Origin: an uncultured Planctomycetota bacterium
GTDB lineage: Bacteria; Planctomycetota; Planctomycetia; Isosphaerales; Isosphaeraceae
DNA length: 64,000 bases
Assembly: GCA_963823665.1 (NCBI GenBank)
Contig: CAWGMQ010000010.1
Coordinates: 160,001 to 224,000 of the forward strand
Reading direction: 5' to 3'
Part shown: positions 28,933 to 39,286 of the stretch, piece by piece
Layout of the letters: each line of letters starts with the position of its first letter
Position numbering within the stretch: position 1 is the first letter of the stretch
The notes under the pieces: model-generated
The model's input: only the letters and a program-made list of their open reading frames with translations
What the model was told of the DNA's origin: nothing
Database searches by the model: none
Made by a program: the position numbers and the translations under genes

Positions 28933-30018
28933 ATGACAATGCCCCGCGCCCATCTGGTCGATCCCGCCGTAACCCGCTGGTATCACTGCGTCACACGCTG
29001 CGTGCGACGCGCGTTCTTGCTCAGCGAAGGCCCGCTCAACCGCCGAGAATGGATCGAACAACGGCTCCAAGAACTTGCGGGAATCTTCGCGATGTCCGTC
29101 GGCGGTTTCTCGGTCATGGACAACCATCTGCACGTACTCGTGCGCCTCGACCCCGAAGTGGCCAAAGACTGGTCAGACGAAGAAGTCGTCCGGCGCTGGG
29201 CCCGGCTCTTCCCACCACGCGACAAATCCCGCCAGCCCCTCCCGGTCACCAAGGCCTGGGTCGAGTGGCGCTTGCAAGACCCCCAGTGGGTGGCTACAGC
29301 CCGCGAGCGCTTGCAAAGCCTGAGCTGGCTTATGAAATGCCTGAAAGAACCACTCTCTCGCCTCGCCAACCGCCAGGACAACGCCCGAGGCGCATTCTTC
29401 GAGGGACGCTTCAAAAGCATCGCCATCCTCGACGACGAATCCCTCCTGGCAACCTGCGCCTACATCGACCTGAATCCCGTCGCCGCCGGCATCGTCGAAG
29501 TTCCGGAAGCAAGCCCCCACACCTCGATCACCACCCGAATCGAACACGTGAAGGAACAAGGCCGACTAGCCGACCTGACGCCGGTTCCAGCCGGCATCCT
29601 CCATGGACCCAACGGGGCCGAGGTCAATTGCCACGGGCTTCAGCCCTCGGCACCAGACTCAAACGCCGCGTCCGGTCTCGAAGACTCAATCTGGCTCTGC
29701 CCGATCGAAGATCGCCGTTCGCTCGATTCATCACGTGAAGGAATGATCGAGGGCTTCCCGCTCAGGACCTATCTACTCCTGGTCGAATACACCGGCCGGC
29801 TCTTCCGCGACCGCAAGGCCATCATCTCGGCCGAGCTATCAGGCATCCTCCAACGAATTGGCTCGAGCGCAGAGACCTGGTGGGCCCGCCTCGAAAAGCT
29901 CACCAAAGGCCGCCTCCTGGGCCGTTTCTTCGCCGCCAGCCGCTCGCGCCTGCGAGAGACCGCCGCTCGACTCGGCGTCCACCACTTGGCCAACCTCGCC
30001 GGATGCGCGGCACGATAA
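28933..30018 (+). mobile_element. HUH Y1 transposase, REP-associated (RAYT, IS200/IS605 superfamily)
   Basis: WYHCVTRCVRRAFL, HUH motif MDNHLHVLVR, GAFFEGRFKS, catalytic AYIDLNPVAAG; GGAG RBS. Confidence 0.85.
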
Positions 30019-30129
30019 ACAACAACCGCCGGAGTGAAACCGGGACGCGGACGGTTTTGCGTTCGAGGGGAAGGGAAACGGACACGCGCGCTGCACGAAC
30101 TTAGCGAGCTGGATCGGACCCAGACTGGC

Positions 30130-30250
30130 TTACCTTACGCGGCCGTCCCTCCGGGCGAACGGTGTGCTCCAGGCCGAGCGCTTTCACCGTTCGCCGCACA
30201 CACTCGTCACCGCCGTAGGGTCGTCCTCTCTCGATACCAGACGCACTCGG
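30130..30250 (-). pseudogene. C-terminal remnant of a second RAYT-type transposase
   Basis: Minus strand reads ERGRPYGGDECVRRTVKALGLEHTVRPEGRPRK, resembling the RGRPxG...LGLExTxRPRGRPRK RAYT tail; no upstream HUH domain. Confidence 0.6.
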
Positions 30251-30455
30251 TCTAGTTCTTTGGCCGTCAACGGCGCATTGAGCCTTTTCTTTGAACCTCA
30301 AGTCTTCGTGACTCTGAACAGATAGTTTACTATTGGGCTTCCCACCCTCTGGTTTTTTGTTCAGTTTTCACTTGAGATTGACCGAAGAAGCCGCGTACAA
30401 CGAGGGTCGGTGTTAGTCAAGACCGATTCAGGCTTGATCCCCGAATGAGGTCGGT

Positions 30456-31031
30456 ATGAACTTCAGGTTCGAGCCGCTCAAGACAACGCAGGCAGCAGCG
30501 CACCTCCTCACCTTGGAGGGAAGAGTGATGGACCGCTTGCGACTGCTCAAACTACTCTACATCGTAGATAGAGAGCTTCTAGCGGCAAAAGATCGCACGC
30601 TGACGGGTGACAGGGCGGTCGCTATGAACTACGGACCCGTCCTAAGTCACACCTACAACTTGGTCAACGGCAAGGAACAGTCGCCGGAAGACTGGAATAG
30701 ATACATTCGCTCGGTTAACAAGAAAGTCGTCCTGATGGGAGATCCGGGACGAGGCGAGCTCTCCAAGAGGGAGATCGACAAACTCGAAGAGGTCAGTAGT
30801 CGCTTCAGAGATATCTCGACGAGCGGGCTTTCTGCCTTCACTCACGAATTCTTGGAGTGGGTAAAGAACTTCAAGCCGGATACGTCTCGGCCGATTCCTT
30901 GGACGGATGCTCTCGCAAGCATGGGAAGCGAAGGTAAGATCGCAGCTTTCGAGGAGAAGCTTGCGGAGCAGGAGGTCATCGACTCGATCTTCGGTTTGCC
31001 GACCGAGAGCAAGGTCGAGACAGGAGCCTGA
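30456..31031 (+). CDS. Panacea (DUF4065/SocA-like) antitoxin
   Basis: KTTQAAAHLL, RLLKLLYIVDRE, LTGDRAVAMNYGPV, FTHEFLEW. Confidence 0.85.
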   Translation: MNFRFEPLKTTQAAAHLLTLEGRVMDRLRLLKLLYIVDRELLAAKDRTLTGDRAVAMNYGPVLSHTYNLVNGKEQSPEDWNRYIRSVNKKVVLMGDPGRGELSKREIDKLEEVSSRFRDISTSGLSAFTHEFLEWVKNFKPDTSRPIPWTDALASMGSEGKIAAFEEKLAEQEVIDSIFGLPTESKVETGA

Positions 31032-31033
31032 AG

Positions 31034-31413
31034 GTGAAGGGCGGGACACCTTCAGGCTTGTCGGTGTCGCTGACCGACACACGTGGGTCGTCTTAACCGA
31101 TCCTGAGAAAGACCCAAACCAGATCCTCATCGTAAGCTTCACCAGTTTTACGCCGGGAGTTGGAATGGATGACGCGTGCGTTGTGCAAACGAGTGAGTAT
31201 TCGATTCTGACAAACAAATCTTGCATTTATTATGAGGACATAAAAGAACTTTCGCTAACCGACTTGGAGAGACTTGGAGCGAAAGGGCTGTTGCAGAAGC
31301 GCACGCCGGTTCCCGCTCCTCTATTGCAGAGAATCAGAAACGGCGCTATGAACTCCGATGACTGCAAGCAGAAGCATAAGGAAGTCCTTCGGAAGCAGGA
31401 ACTTATCTCCTAG
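31034..31413 (+). CDS. Putative MazF/PemK-like toxin partner; probable 1-nt deletion in the G-run near 31045
   Basis: CAGGAG plus GTG 2 nt after the antitoxin stop; restoring one G gives MKGGDTFRLVGVADRHTWVVLTDPEKDPNQILIVSFTS...; lower GC than flanks. Confidence 0.6.
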
Positions 31414-31643
31414 CTCTGGTGGTCGATCTGCCGCAATGCCTGCAACCGATGTCCACGGGAGGTGAAACCGCGACGCGGACAGTGTGGTCCGCATCGAGTT
31501 GAGCGAGCGGCCGGGGGACGCTTCCGGGCTTTGGTCGACCCCGACGCTGGGGCCCGGTTCTGGGTCGGTGTGGACACCGGCAACTGCGTATAATAAGATC
31601 GTCAGCGCACCGATAGACCCGGCCAGAGTTGGGGGAGGAAGCC

Positions 31644-33653
31644 ATGGGAGATTGCGCGGCCAGTCGGCTTCAGGTGTATCGGGTCGCCAAGACGGGGATC
31701 CAGGAGTCAGAGGCTCATCGACTGGCGGAAGCTCTCAGGATCCCCGCCAGGGGGTTGAGATGGCTGGATGGCGAGGCTTCGTTTGTCGATCGCGATAAAT
31801 ACCTGGCTGTTCCAAGCGTCCGGATCGAGGACCCGGATACCGTTGCCCGCTTCACCGAGGCCACCACGAACCACTACCCGGAGATCCCGATCGCCATCAC
31901 CGGCATCGACTACGCAGCGCTCGACCGGCACGTGCCGTTTGCCGACGACTTGGCATTGAGGTCGGCCACCGCAGCCCTGGAGACCGCAGGGCTGACGCCG
32001 GCTTCGGCCCGTCCGATGGTCGGACACACGGTGTTCATCACGGTCGCGATCGGCGACGAGCAGAAGCAACGGCGAACGCTGCTCGACACCCATGTCAGCT
32101 ACCGCTTTGTCGTGGACGGATACCCGCTCGTCGGCCCAGGCGCCCAGATCCAGTTCTCGTTCGCTCCCGATGGGGAGGTTACCCGCTTGATTCATGCGAC
32201 GCGGTTGCTCGAGCCCGGCCCGTCGGTGGCGATTATCGACCCCGACGAGATTCGCCGCCGGATCTCATGCTCTCGGGCCGACGATGTTGTGGTCGACGTA
32301 CGGCTCGTCTACCTGGCGCCGAGTCTGCGCAACGCATTGAATGGCGCCTCCTACTGGCGGCCAAGCGACATCATCCCGTGGTACGCGGTCACCGTCAGGC
32401 GGATGGTGACCCATCCAGACCGGGGCGTCGAGCATCCGCTAACCGCCCGGGTCCGCCTCATTCCCGCCACCGATGATGCTCGGTTCGTCCCGTCGGTGGC
32501 CGTCGCCGCGAGCGCTCCCGAACGGTCTCGCGTCACGGCGCGGGCAACCGTGTCGGGCGGCACGCCGCCCTACTCGTTCCTTTGGGGGGGATCGAACCCC
32601 AACACCTTCGCCGAGCGCGGCGCTGCGGTAAGCTACGAACCGCTGACTCGAGACCTGCGTGGCACTCTCCCCGCCCAGTCATTGAGGCGGACCGAACACG
32701 TTTCGGTCACCGTGGTCGATGCGAACGGCGTGTCGGCGCAGGCCGACACCTCACTGCTGGTCACCGCCCGGCCCGCACCGAATACGCACAACTCCATCAC
32801 CTACGGGTGCGAGAGCCCGAACGACCCAGGCGCGTGGACCGGGGACCGCGTCGCGTGGCAGAATGCGATGAGCACTTACGGCGGCGGGTCGGAGCGGTTC
32901 TGCTGGCTCGCCGACTCCTCCTGGCCCGGCGACTACATCGAACCCACTCCTCCGGGCACGCTCGGCGCGAATCCATGGATCACCGGGGACGCCGACTACA
33001 GCAATTGGGGCATCAACACAGCGAACATGGTCTTCTATATCGGCGACGCCAACCCCTATGTCTTCGAAGAGATGTATCCGGGCGCAACCCCGGCCCAGTA
33101 CAACACCCCGGCAGGCGCATCCGTTTTGGCGCCAAACTCTTCAATTACCGTGGAGATAGGTAGCCAGAACTACAACGTCCCCTACGCCGGCTCGTGGGGC
33201 GCACCCTACCCGAACGACCAGCTCCAATGGCTCCCGATGTACGCCTGCAACCTCCTCGAAAATGATGCGAGCGCGTCGTCCCCTTGGCTGAGCTGGGGCC
33301 TGGCGTTCAACGGCCTGCACAGCGTCCTGGCGTTCGATACCGAAGCGGCGGATAGCCACCCCTTCGTGTCGGACTTCGTCTTTGGCTTCCTGGGTTTTCA
33401 AATCCTATTCATCACTTTCGAGCCGCAGACGATCGTCCAGTCCTGGCTGAGCGCCTCCAACGCAACGGACATCGGAACAGCGGCGGCCATGGGCCCGATC
33501 GTCAATGTTGATGTGGGGGGCTTCACTATCGGCGTCTGCGACTACGGCGACTACTACTGGGGCAAAGGCCCGGTTGGACCCACCATCCCTCGAAACATGA
33601 TCGACGCCTGGTGGTACATCCAGGGTACGGACGCGGTTCAGACCTTCCCGTAG
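31644..33653 (+). CDS. Hypothetical protein with Ig/PKD-like middle and DUF6345-like C-terminal domain
   Basis: GGAGG RBS; VSGGTPPYSFLW...VTVVDANG Ig-like segment; LQWLPMYACNLL...AFNGLHSVLAF. Confidence 0.6.
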   Translation: MGDCAASRLQVYRVAKTGIQESEAHRLAEALRIPARGLRWLDGEASFVDRDKYLAVPSVRIEDPDTVARFTEATTNHYPEIPIAITGIDYAALDRHVPFADDLALRSATAALETAGLTPASARPMVGHTVFITVAIGDEQKQRRTLLDTHVSYRFVVDGYPLVGPGAQIQFSFAPDGEVTRLIHATRLLEPGPSVAIIDPDEIRRRISCSRADDVVVDVRLVYLAPSLRNALNGASYWRPSDIIPWYAVTVRRMVTHPDRGVEHPLTARVRLIPATDDARFVPSVAVAASAPERSRVTARATVSGGTPPYSFLWGGSNPNTFAERGAAVSYEPLTRDLRGTLPAQSLRRTEHVSVTVVDANGVSAQADTSLLVTARPAPNTHNSITYGCESPNDPGAWTGDRVAWQNAMSTYGGGSERFCWLADSSWPGDYIEPTPPGTLGANPWITGDADYSNWGINTANMVFYIGDANPYVFEEMYPGATPAQYNTPAGASVLAPNSSITVEIGSQNYNVPYAGSWGAPYPNDQLQWLPMYACNLLENDASASSPWLSWGLAFNGLHSVLAFDTEAADSHPFVSDFVFGFLGFQILFITFEPQTIVQSWLSASNATDIGTAAAMGPIVNVDVGGFTIGVCDYGDYYWGKGPVGPTIPRNMIDAWWYIQGTDAVQTFP

Positions 33654-33947
33654 CCGCAGCGTGGCTTCACATGTCACTGGCCGCGGTGACCGGCGTCGGC
33701 GCGTCTGGCCGTGAAGTCGTGGAACCTCTTCGAGAGACGAAGCGAGCGCTAGGCCACGAAGCTAGTCGTGCTCTTCGGAACATCTTCTAATTTTCTTCAT
33801 GTCTGCCACGGTGCGGTCGTGGGCACTCGACCGCGCGGGCAGCGTAGCGGGTGAGGTGTGACCAAGGGATTTCATGTGGCCGGACGTCATCAAGCGGTAT
33901 TCGCGGCCATTGCTGAGAGAACGGGTCTGCGGGTGAGCGAGCGGAGA

Positions 33948-34110
33948 GGGCGGAAAGATGACATCTGTCCGCAGAGGACGCAGATAGACGCAGATGAAAG
34001 GCTGAGATCGGGGCAAGAACCGGGAACAGGCGCAGGCGGGTCGGTGAAACGCTGAACGGGCGGAGAGATGTCCGCAGAGGATCGCGCGTTCCTCTGCGTC
34101 ATCTGCGGAC
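33948..34110. repeat. Inverted/direct repeat cluster (GTCCGCAGAGGACGCAGA / TCTGCGTCATCTGCGGAC)
   Basis: gtccgcagagga at ~33966 and ~34070 with an inverted partner ending at 34110. Confidence 0.6.
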
Positions 34111-34576
34111 CAAGCTCCGAATTCTCCAACTTCGCCTTCACCCGAAGATGAGCTGAATTCCTGACCGTCCACTTGCGGACCGACGTCTTCTCCCTTGATC
34201 GCCCCACTCTGCGGACCACAGCCACGGAAATCCAACGCGTCGCCATCATCTTTAATACCACCCTGCGGCCGGAAACTGCCGGCGTTTATTGCCAGCGCGC
34301 GCTCGAGCGCTTCGTCGAGGTCCAGCACTTATAGCCTCACGAGCTCGAGCGCATTCCTCGCACCGGCGTCGATCTCTACCTGAATATCGATGACGGACTA
34401 CGCTGCGGATGCACGAACGGATTCTGACCGCGATCAACAGTGATTCGCTATAACGAACGGGCCTGAATTCAATCGGTACTTCCTACCCAAGTCACGCGAA
34501 CCCAGCCCTCCCTGATGCCCGCGGTAAGATGGAGCGTTCGCTCAGGAAATCCGGGCTCGACAGTGATCCTTCTCGC

Positions 34577-34592
34577 TGGCACGCGGTTTGCT
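34577..34592 (+). promoter_or_regulatory. Sigma-54 promoter
   Basis: TGGCACG-CGGT-TTGCT, full -24/-12 consensus, upstream of 34740. Confidence 0.75.
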
Positions 34593-34739
34593 CCTTTCCC
34601 CGCTCGCACTTCAACTCGCCTCCTTGACGCAGTGTCCGTGCTCTTGAATCCGCGTCGTCGGTTTCATGAGCTTTCGTAGTTCAATATATAAGGCGCTCCT
34701 GCGCAGTGATCGGAATTGTGTTGGCATGGGAGGATTACC

Positions 34740-35291
34740 ATGCGAAATAGCCTCGTGTTGCTCTCGGTCGTCGTCCTGAGCGGATGCGCCCAAACCGACG
34801 GCGTTCGGTATGTCTATCAAGATCGTGATTTCGGCGTGATCGGCATGCCCGAGAATTCGAATCATTGGCCTAGATACTACCGGACCCACGGCGAGAAGCT
34901 CATGAATACGCACTTCCCGGAAGGCCACGAGATTGTGCGTGCCGAGGAGGTCATTCAAGGCGAGCGCACCTCGAAGTTCGAGGGGTCGAATTCCGCCGAG
35001 GTTTCGCCGCAGATCAGCGACTCGCTTCTCAAGGTGGTCAAACTGGGGCATTCCGCAAGCCGCAGCGAAGCTGAAACGGTGAAGGTCAAGGAGTGCCGGA
35101 TCATTTACCGGCGGGTCGGTACGTTGAAGCCGAAGGACTATGCCGTGGCGACGACGCTCACCCCGGCGCTTTATATCGATCCTAATGCTGTCGAGCGCCG
35201 GAAGGCCACGGAGCCGTCGACTGAGAAGACAGCGGCGCGGGTTGAGCCAGCGCCCAAGCATGCGTCGGCAGTTGAATCGATCCTGAAGTGA
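34740..35291 (+). CDS. Hypothetical lipoprotein
   Basis: GGAGG RBS; MRNSLVLLSVVVLSGC lipobox. Confidence 0.75.
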   Translation: MRNSLVLLSVVVLSGCAQTDGVRYVYQDRDFGVIGMPENSNHWPRYYRTHGEKLMNTHFPEGHEIVRAEEVIQGERTSKFEGSNSAEVSPQISDSLLKVVKLGHSASRSEAETVKVKECRIIYRRVGTLKPKDYAVATTLTPALYIDPNAVERRKATEPSTEKTAARVEPAPKHASAVESILK

Positions 35292-35394
35292 CCATCTCCC
35301 GATCCCGGCCCTTGCCGACCATCCCTTTGCCGATCGCGGTTTCTCGGTCCTGGACCGCCGTTGATCCGAACGCGGTTAGAACTGGCAACGTTCC

Positions 35395-35445
35395 CGGCCC
35401 CGACGCGGCCCCGGTCAATAGCCACGGGCTTCAGCCCTTGGCACC
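35395..35445. repeat. REP-C element, second copy inside the RAYT gene (~29607-29653)
   Basis: ggtcaatagccacgggcttcagcccttggcacc vs ggtcaattgccacgggcttcagccctcggcacc. Confidence 0.75.
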
Positions 35446-35488
35446 TCATATGGCACTTCTTATGGCACTTCTTATGCCACCCCGAACT

Positions 35489-37001
35489 TCAATCCTTCTT
35501 GAATTCGTTCTTATCAATCTGATAAAGCGCCAGCTTCTCCGTGATGGTTCGCCGCGACAGCCCCGTCAGCCGCGCCGTGCGCCCGATGTGGGCCCGCGTG
35601 CGCTTCGAGCGCCCGGCGCAGGTAGCGTTCCTCAAACGCAGCGGTCATCTCCGTGAGCTGCTCGGTCAGGGGTCGCGAGACATCCACAGGAAGCTGGTAC
35701 CGCGGACGGCCTGGCTTCAACACCTCCGCAGGCAGGTTCTCCGGGCGAATGACGTCATCGCGGCTGGTCACGCACGCGCGCTCGATCGCATTCTCGAGTT
35801 CGCGAATGTTCCCCGGCCAGCGGAACTTGATGAGCACCTCCATCGCCTCCGGAGAGATCGTCTTCGGTGGCGCTCCCGGCCTGCTGAATTTCTTCGCGAA
35901 GTGGCTGGCCAGCAGCGGAATGTCCTCGGCACGTTCGTACAGGGGCGGCAGATCGATTTTCACCACGTTGAGCCGGTAGTACAGGTCTTCGCGGAACCTC
36001 CCTTCCTTGGCTAGCTTGAGCAGATCGCGGTTCGTCGCAGCGACCAGCCGAACGTCGGTTTCAATCGTCAGAGTGCCCCCCACCCGCTCGAACCGGCGCT
36101 CCTGCAGCACCCGCAGCAGTTTGGCTTGCATCGACAGAGGAATCTCGCCGATCTCGTCCATGAAGATGGTCCCTCCATGGGCCAGCTCGAACCGTCCCTT
36201 GCGTTGACCGATCGCGCTTGTGAACGCCCCCTTCTCATGGCCGAATAGCTCGCTCTCCAGCAGCGACTCCGGCAGCGCCGCACAGTTCACCGCCACGAAC
36301 GGCAGCTTCCGCCGCGGCGAAGCGTCGTGCACCGCCCGCGCTACCAGCTCTTTTCCTGTCCCTGTTTCACCGAAGATCAGCACGTTGCTCACCGTCTCGG
36401 CCACGTGGCTGATCAGCTCGAACACGTCGTGCATCCGCGGGCTCTTGGAGAGGATGCTGTGAAACGCCGATTGTTCGTGCAGCTTCCCGCGCAGGGTGGC
36501 GACTTCGTCTTCGAGAGCCCGCTCGCGCAGCGACCGCTCAACCACCAGTTTCAGATGGTCGAGGTTGATCGGCTTGGTCAGGAAATCGGCGGCGCCGCAC
36601 CGCATCGCCTGCACCGCATCATCCACCGTGCCGAATCCCGTCGTGATGATCACGTCGGCCGGCAATCGTCTCTTCTGGACCTCTTGCAGCAGTTGAAGTC
36701 CGTCCAGCCGCGGCATCTTGAGGTCGGTCACCACCACGCTGTACGGCCGTTGGCACAGCGCCTCGAGCGCCTCGCTTCCGTTGCACGCGGTGTCCACCGC
36801 GATCGTTTGATCGGATTCCAGGAAAATCTGGATCTGCTTGCACGCCGTTGCACTGTCGTCGACGATCAGCACCCGCCTTCTTGCAGTCGCTCGCTCGCCG
36901 TTGCTGGGCGCGATCGACCTCCGCTTGGCGGCTCCGGGCTGGGCGCTGCCCCCTTCTTGGCACTCACGAAGCGTCTCCTCTGCGCACCACTTGACGTACA
37001 C
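35489..37001 (-). CDS. NtrC-family sigma-54 activator (REC-AAA+-HTH); apparent +1 frameshift at ~35606
   Basis: [56 protein letters not shown]; removing one base restores the [20 protein letters not shown] and stop at 35489. Confidence 0.9.
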
Positions 37002-37138
37002 GGCAGACCGGTTGACCGTCGGATTGAGAACCCAGCCTAGTATACATGGGAAACTCGTCCCTCACAAGCAATGCCACGCCGCCCATGCCGGCGGGTGACC
37101 GCCCCGAGAGACCCTCGATTTGTGCGGCTCCCGCCCAA

Positions 37139-37154
37139 CGGCGCGCCGCTTGCT
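37139..37154 (+). promoter_or_regulatory. Sigma-54 promoter-like motif
   Basis: CGGCGCG-CCGC-TTGCT upstream of 37233. Confidence 0.5.
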
Positions 37155-37232
37155 ACAGAATTCCCAGGCGAGATTGGAACCGCGTTGGCTCCAGTCGCTA
37201 GTAAGTCGCACGCGGTCAAGAAGGATCGGCTG

Positions 37233-39205
37233 ATGACCAAAGGCTCGGGCGGATCCGACTGGCAGCGATCGATCGTCTTGCTATCGGGAACGGTGATCGC
37301 TGTCGTGGCCGTCACCGTACTGTACTGGGCGCAGTCAATCTTTATTCCGGTCGCACTCGCGATTTTCCTGACGTTCCTCTTGAACCCCGTCGTCGCCAGA
37401 CTGCGGCTCTGGGGCGTCGGCCGCACGCCCGCGGTGATCCTCACCGTGCTCACGGCCGCATTCGTGCTCGGCTCGGCCGGCTGGGTCGTCACCGCGCAGA
37501 TCTCCAGCCTGCTGCGCGAGCTGCCCGAGCACACGACGACGGTCAAAGCCAAGGTCAAGTCGCTCAAGAAGTACTTTGGCGGCTCCGGCCGCGTCACCCG
37601 CATGTTCGAGGAAATCAATCGCGAGATCGTGGGGCGCAGCCAGCCGCGGAGGGACAGTCCGCACCAAGCCCATCGGCTAACCAGACGTTGCCCGCCTCGC
37701 AACGGCCCCAGCCCGTGGTCGTCGAGCCCGAATCTCCAGTTTGGCTCGGCCGGATCTCCCACTTCTTGACCCCGATGATGGAGTACCTCGGCGAGCTTGC
37801 CCTGGCGATCATCCTCGTGATCTTCATGCTCCAGCAGCGCGAGGAGTTCCGCAACCGGTTGATCAGGCTCGTGGGCTACGGGCGCATCGCGCCGGCCACC
37901 CGGTTCGTTGACGAAGCCGGCCAGCGGATCAGCCGTTTCCTGCTCATGCAAGCGCTCGTCAACGGCTCGTTCGGGCTCGTCCTGGGCGCCGGCCTCCTCG
38001 CCCTGGGCGTCAAGTACGCGGTCCTCTGGGGCTTCCTCGGGGCCATGCTGCGATACTTGCCCTACGTCGGCCCGTATCTCGCTGCGGTGCTTCCCGTCTC
38101 GGCCGCCCTCGCATTCACCGATGGCTGGACGATAACCCTCCTCGTGATCGGCCTGTTCGTCACGCTCGAGCTCGTTGTTGCCAACCTGATCGAGCCCAAG
38201 ATCTACGGCCAGAGCATGGGCGTCTCCGAGATCGCCCTCCTGGTCTCGGCCGCATTCTGGGCGTTTCTTTGGGGGCCGATCGGCCTGATCCTCTCCAGCC
38301 CGCTCACGGTCTGCCTGATGATGCTCGGACGCTACGTCCCCCAGCTCGAGTTCCTCGCCGTCCTGCTCGGCGACCAGCCCGCCCTCGACCTGAAGGACAG
38401 CTTCTACCAGCGCCTGCTCGCGCGAGACCAGGATGAAGCCGAAGAGCTGATCCTCGAGCGCCAGAAGACCGAGCCTGCCGAGGCCGTCTTCGATACGATG
38501 ATCATACCTGCCCTGTGCGCCGCCCGCGGCAGCCGTATTCGCGGCGAGATCACCGAGGCCGACGAACGCTCGATAACATCTTCGCTTGCCGAGATCGTAG
38601 ACGACCTGGGCGAAGTACACGCCGGTTCGCCGCGGCCGAATCCGGATCCACCGGGCTCAGAGCCCGCTGCCGGGCCCGATCGGCCCCGTCCGATTGTCAT
38701 CTTCGGCTGCCCCGCACGCGACACAGCCGACTGCGTCGGGCTCCAATCACTCGAAAAGCTGCTCGACCCCCGCCGCTGGCGCATGACGTTCATCGCCCCG
38801 GAAACGTTGACGGCCGAGCTGCTCGAATTGACCGCGCGCGAAACCCCCGCACTCGTCTGCATCGCGTCCCTTGCTCCCGGTGGCCTGGCACACACTCGCT
38901 ATCTCTGCAAGCGGTTGAGCCGGCGCTTCCCCTCGCTCCGGATCGTCGTCGGGCGGTGGGGAGAGGAGCCCGGCGGAACGCGCCGCACCGATTTCGACGA
39001 CGCCGGTGCCACCAGCACCGCCCTATCGCTCGTCGAAACCCGCCAGAAGCTGGAGGCTCTGCTCCCCCTCCTCGATTCATCGCGCGACGACTGCCTCGCA
39101 CCGGATCAGCCGGTCCCGGCTCACGCCGCCGCGCCGGTTGGCTCGAGAAGATCGCTCAATCGCGCCGCCGCCAAGGACTTGACCGGCAAGGCTCCAGCAC
39201 TGTAA
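37233..39205 (+). CDS. AI-2E family transporter with C-terminal cytoplasmic domain; frameshift ~37646
   Basis: IFIPVALAIFLTFLLNP, LRYLPYVGP, NLIEPKIYGQSMGVS, WGPIGLILSSPLT. Confidence 0.85.
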
Positions 39206-39286
39206 ATCGAGCAGCCGCCGGGTCGCGCGAACCCGCAAGAGAGGCCCCGAAGATCCCGGATTCGTCGTTCTTTCCGACTGGGTCGC

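Noticed and set aside
33762..34383. Fragments resembling an integrase tail (LGHTSPAT) and an ECF sigma piece (LDLDEALER)
   Set aside because: Too short, interrupted and without other motifs
35439..35477. Tandem TGGCAC 12-mers resembling sigma-54 promoters
   Set aside because: They lie between convergent gene ends with no downstream gene in that orientation
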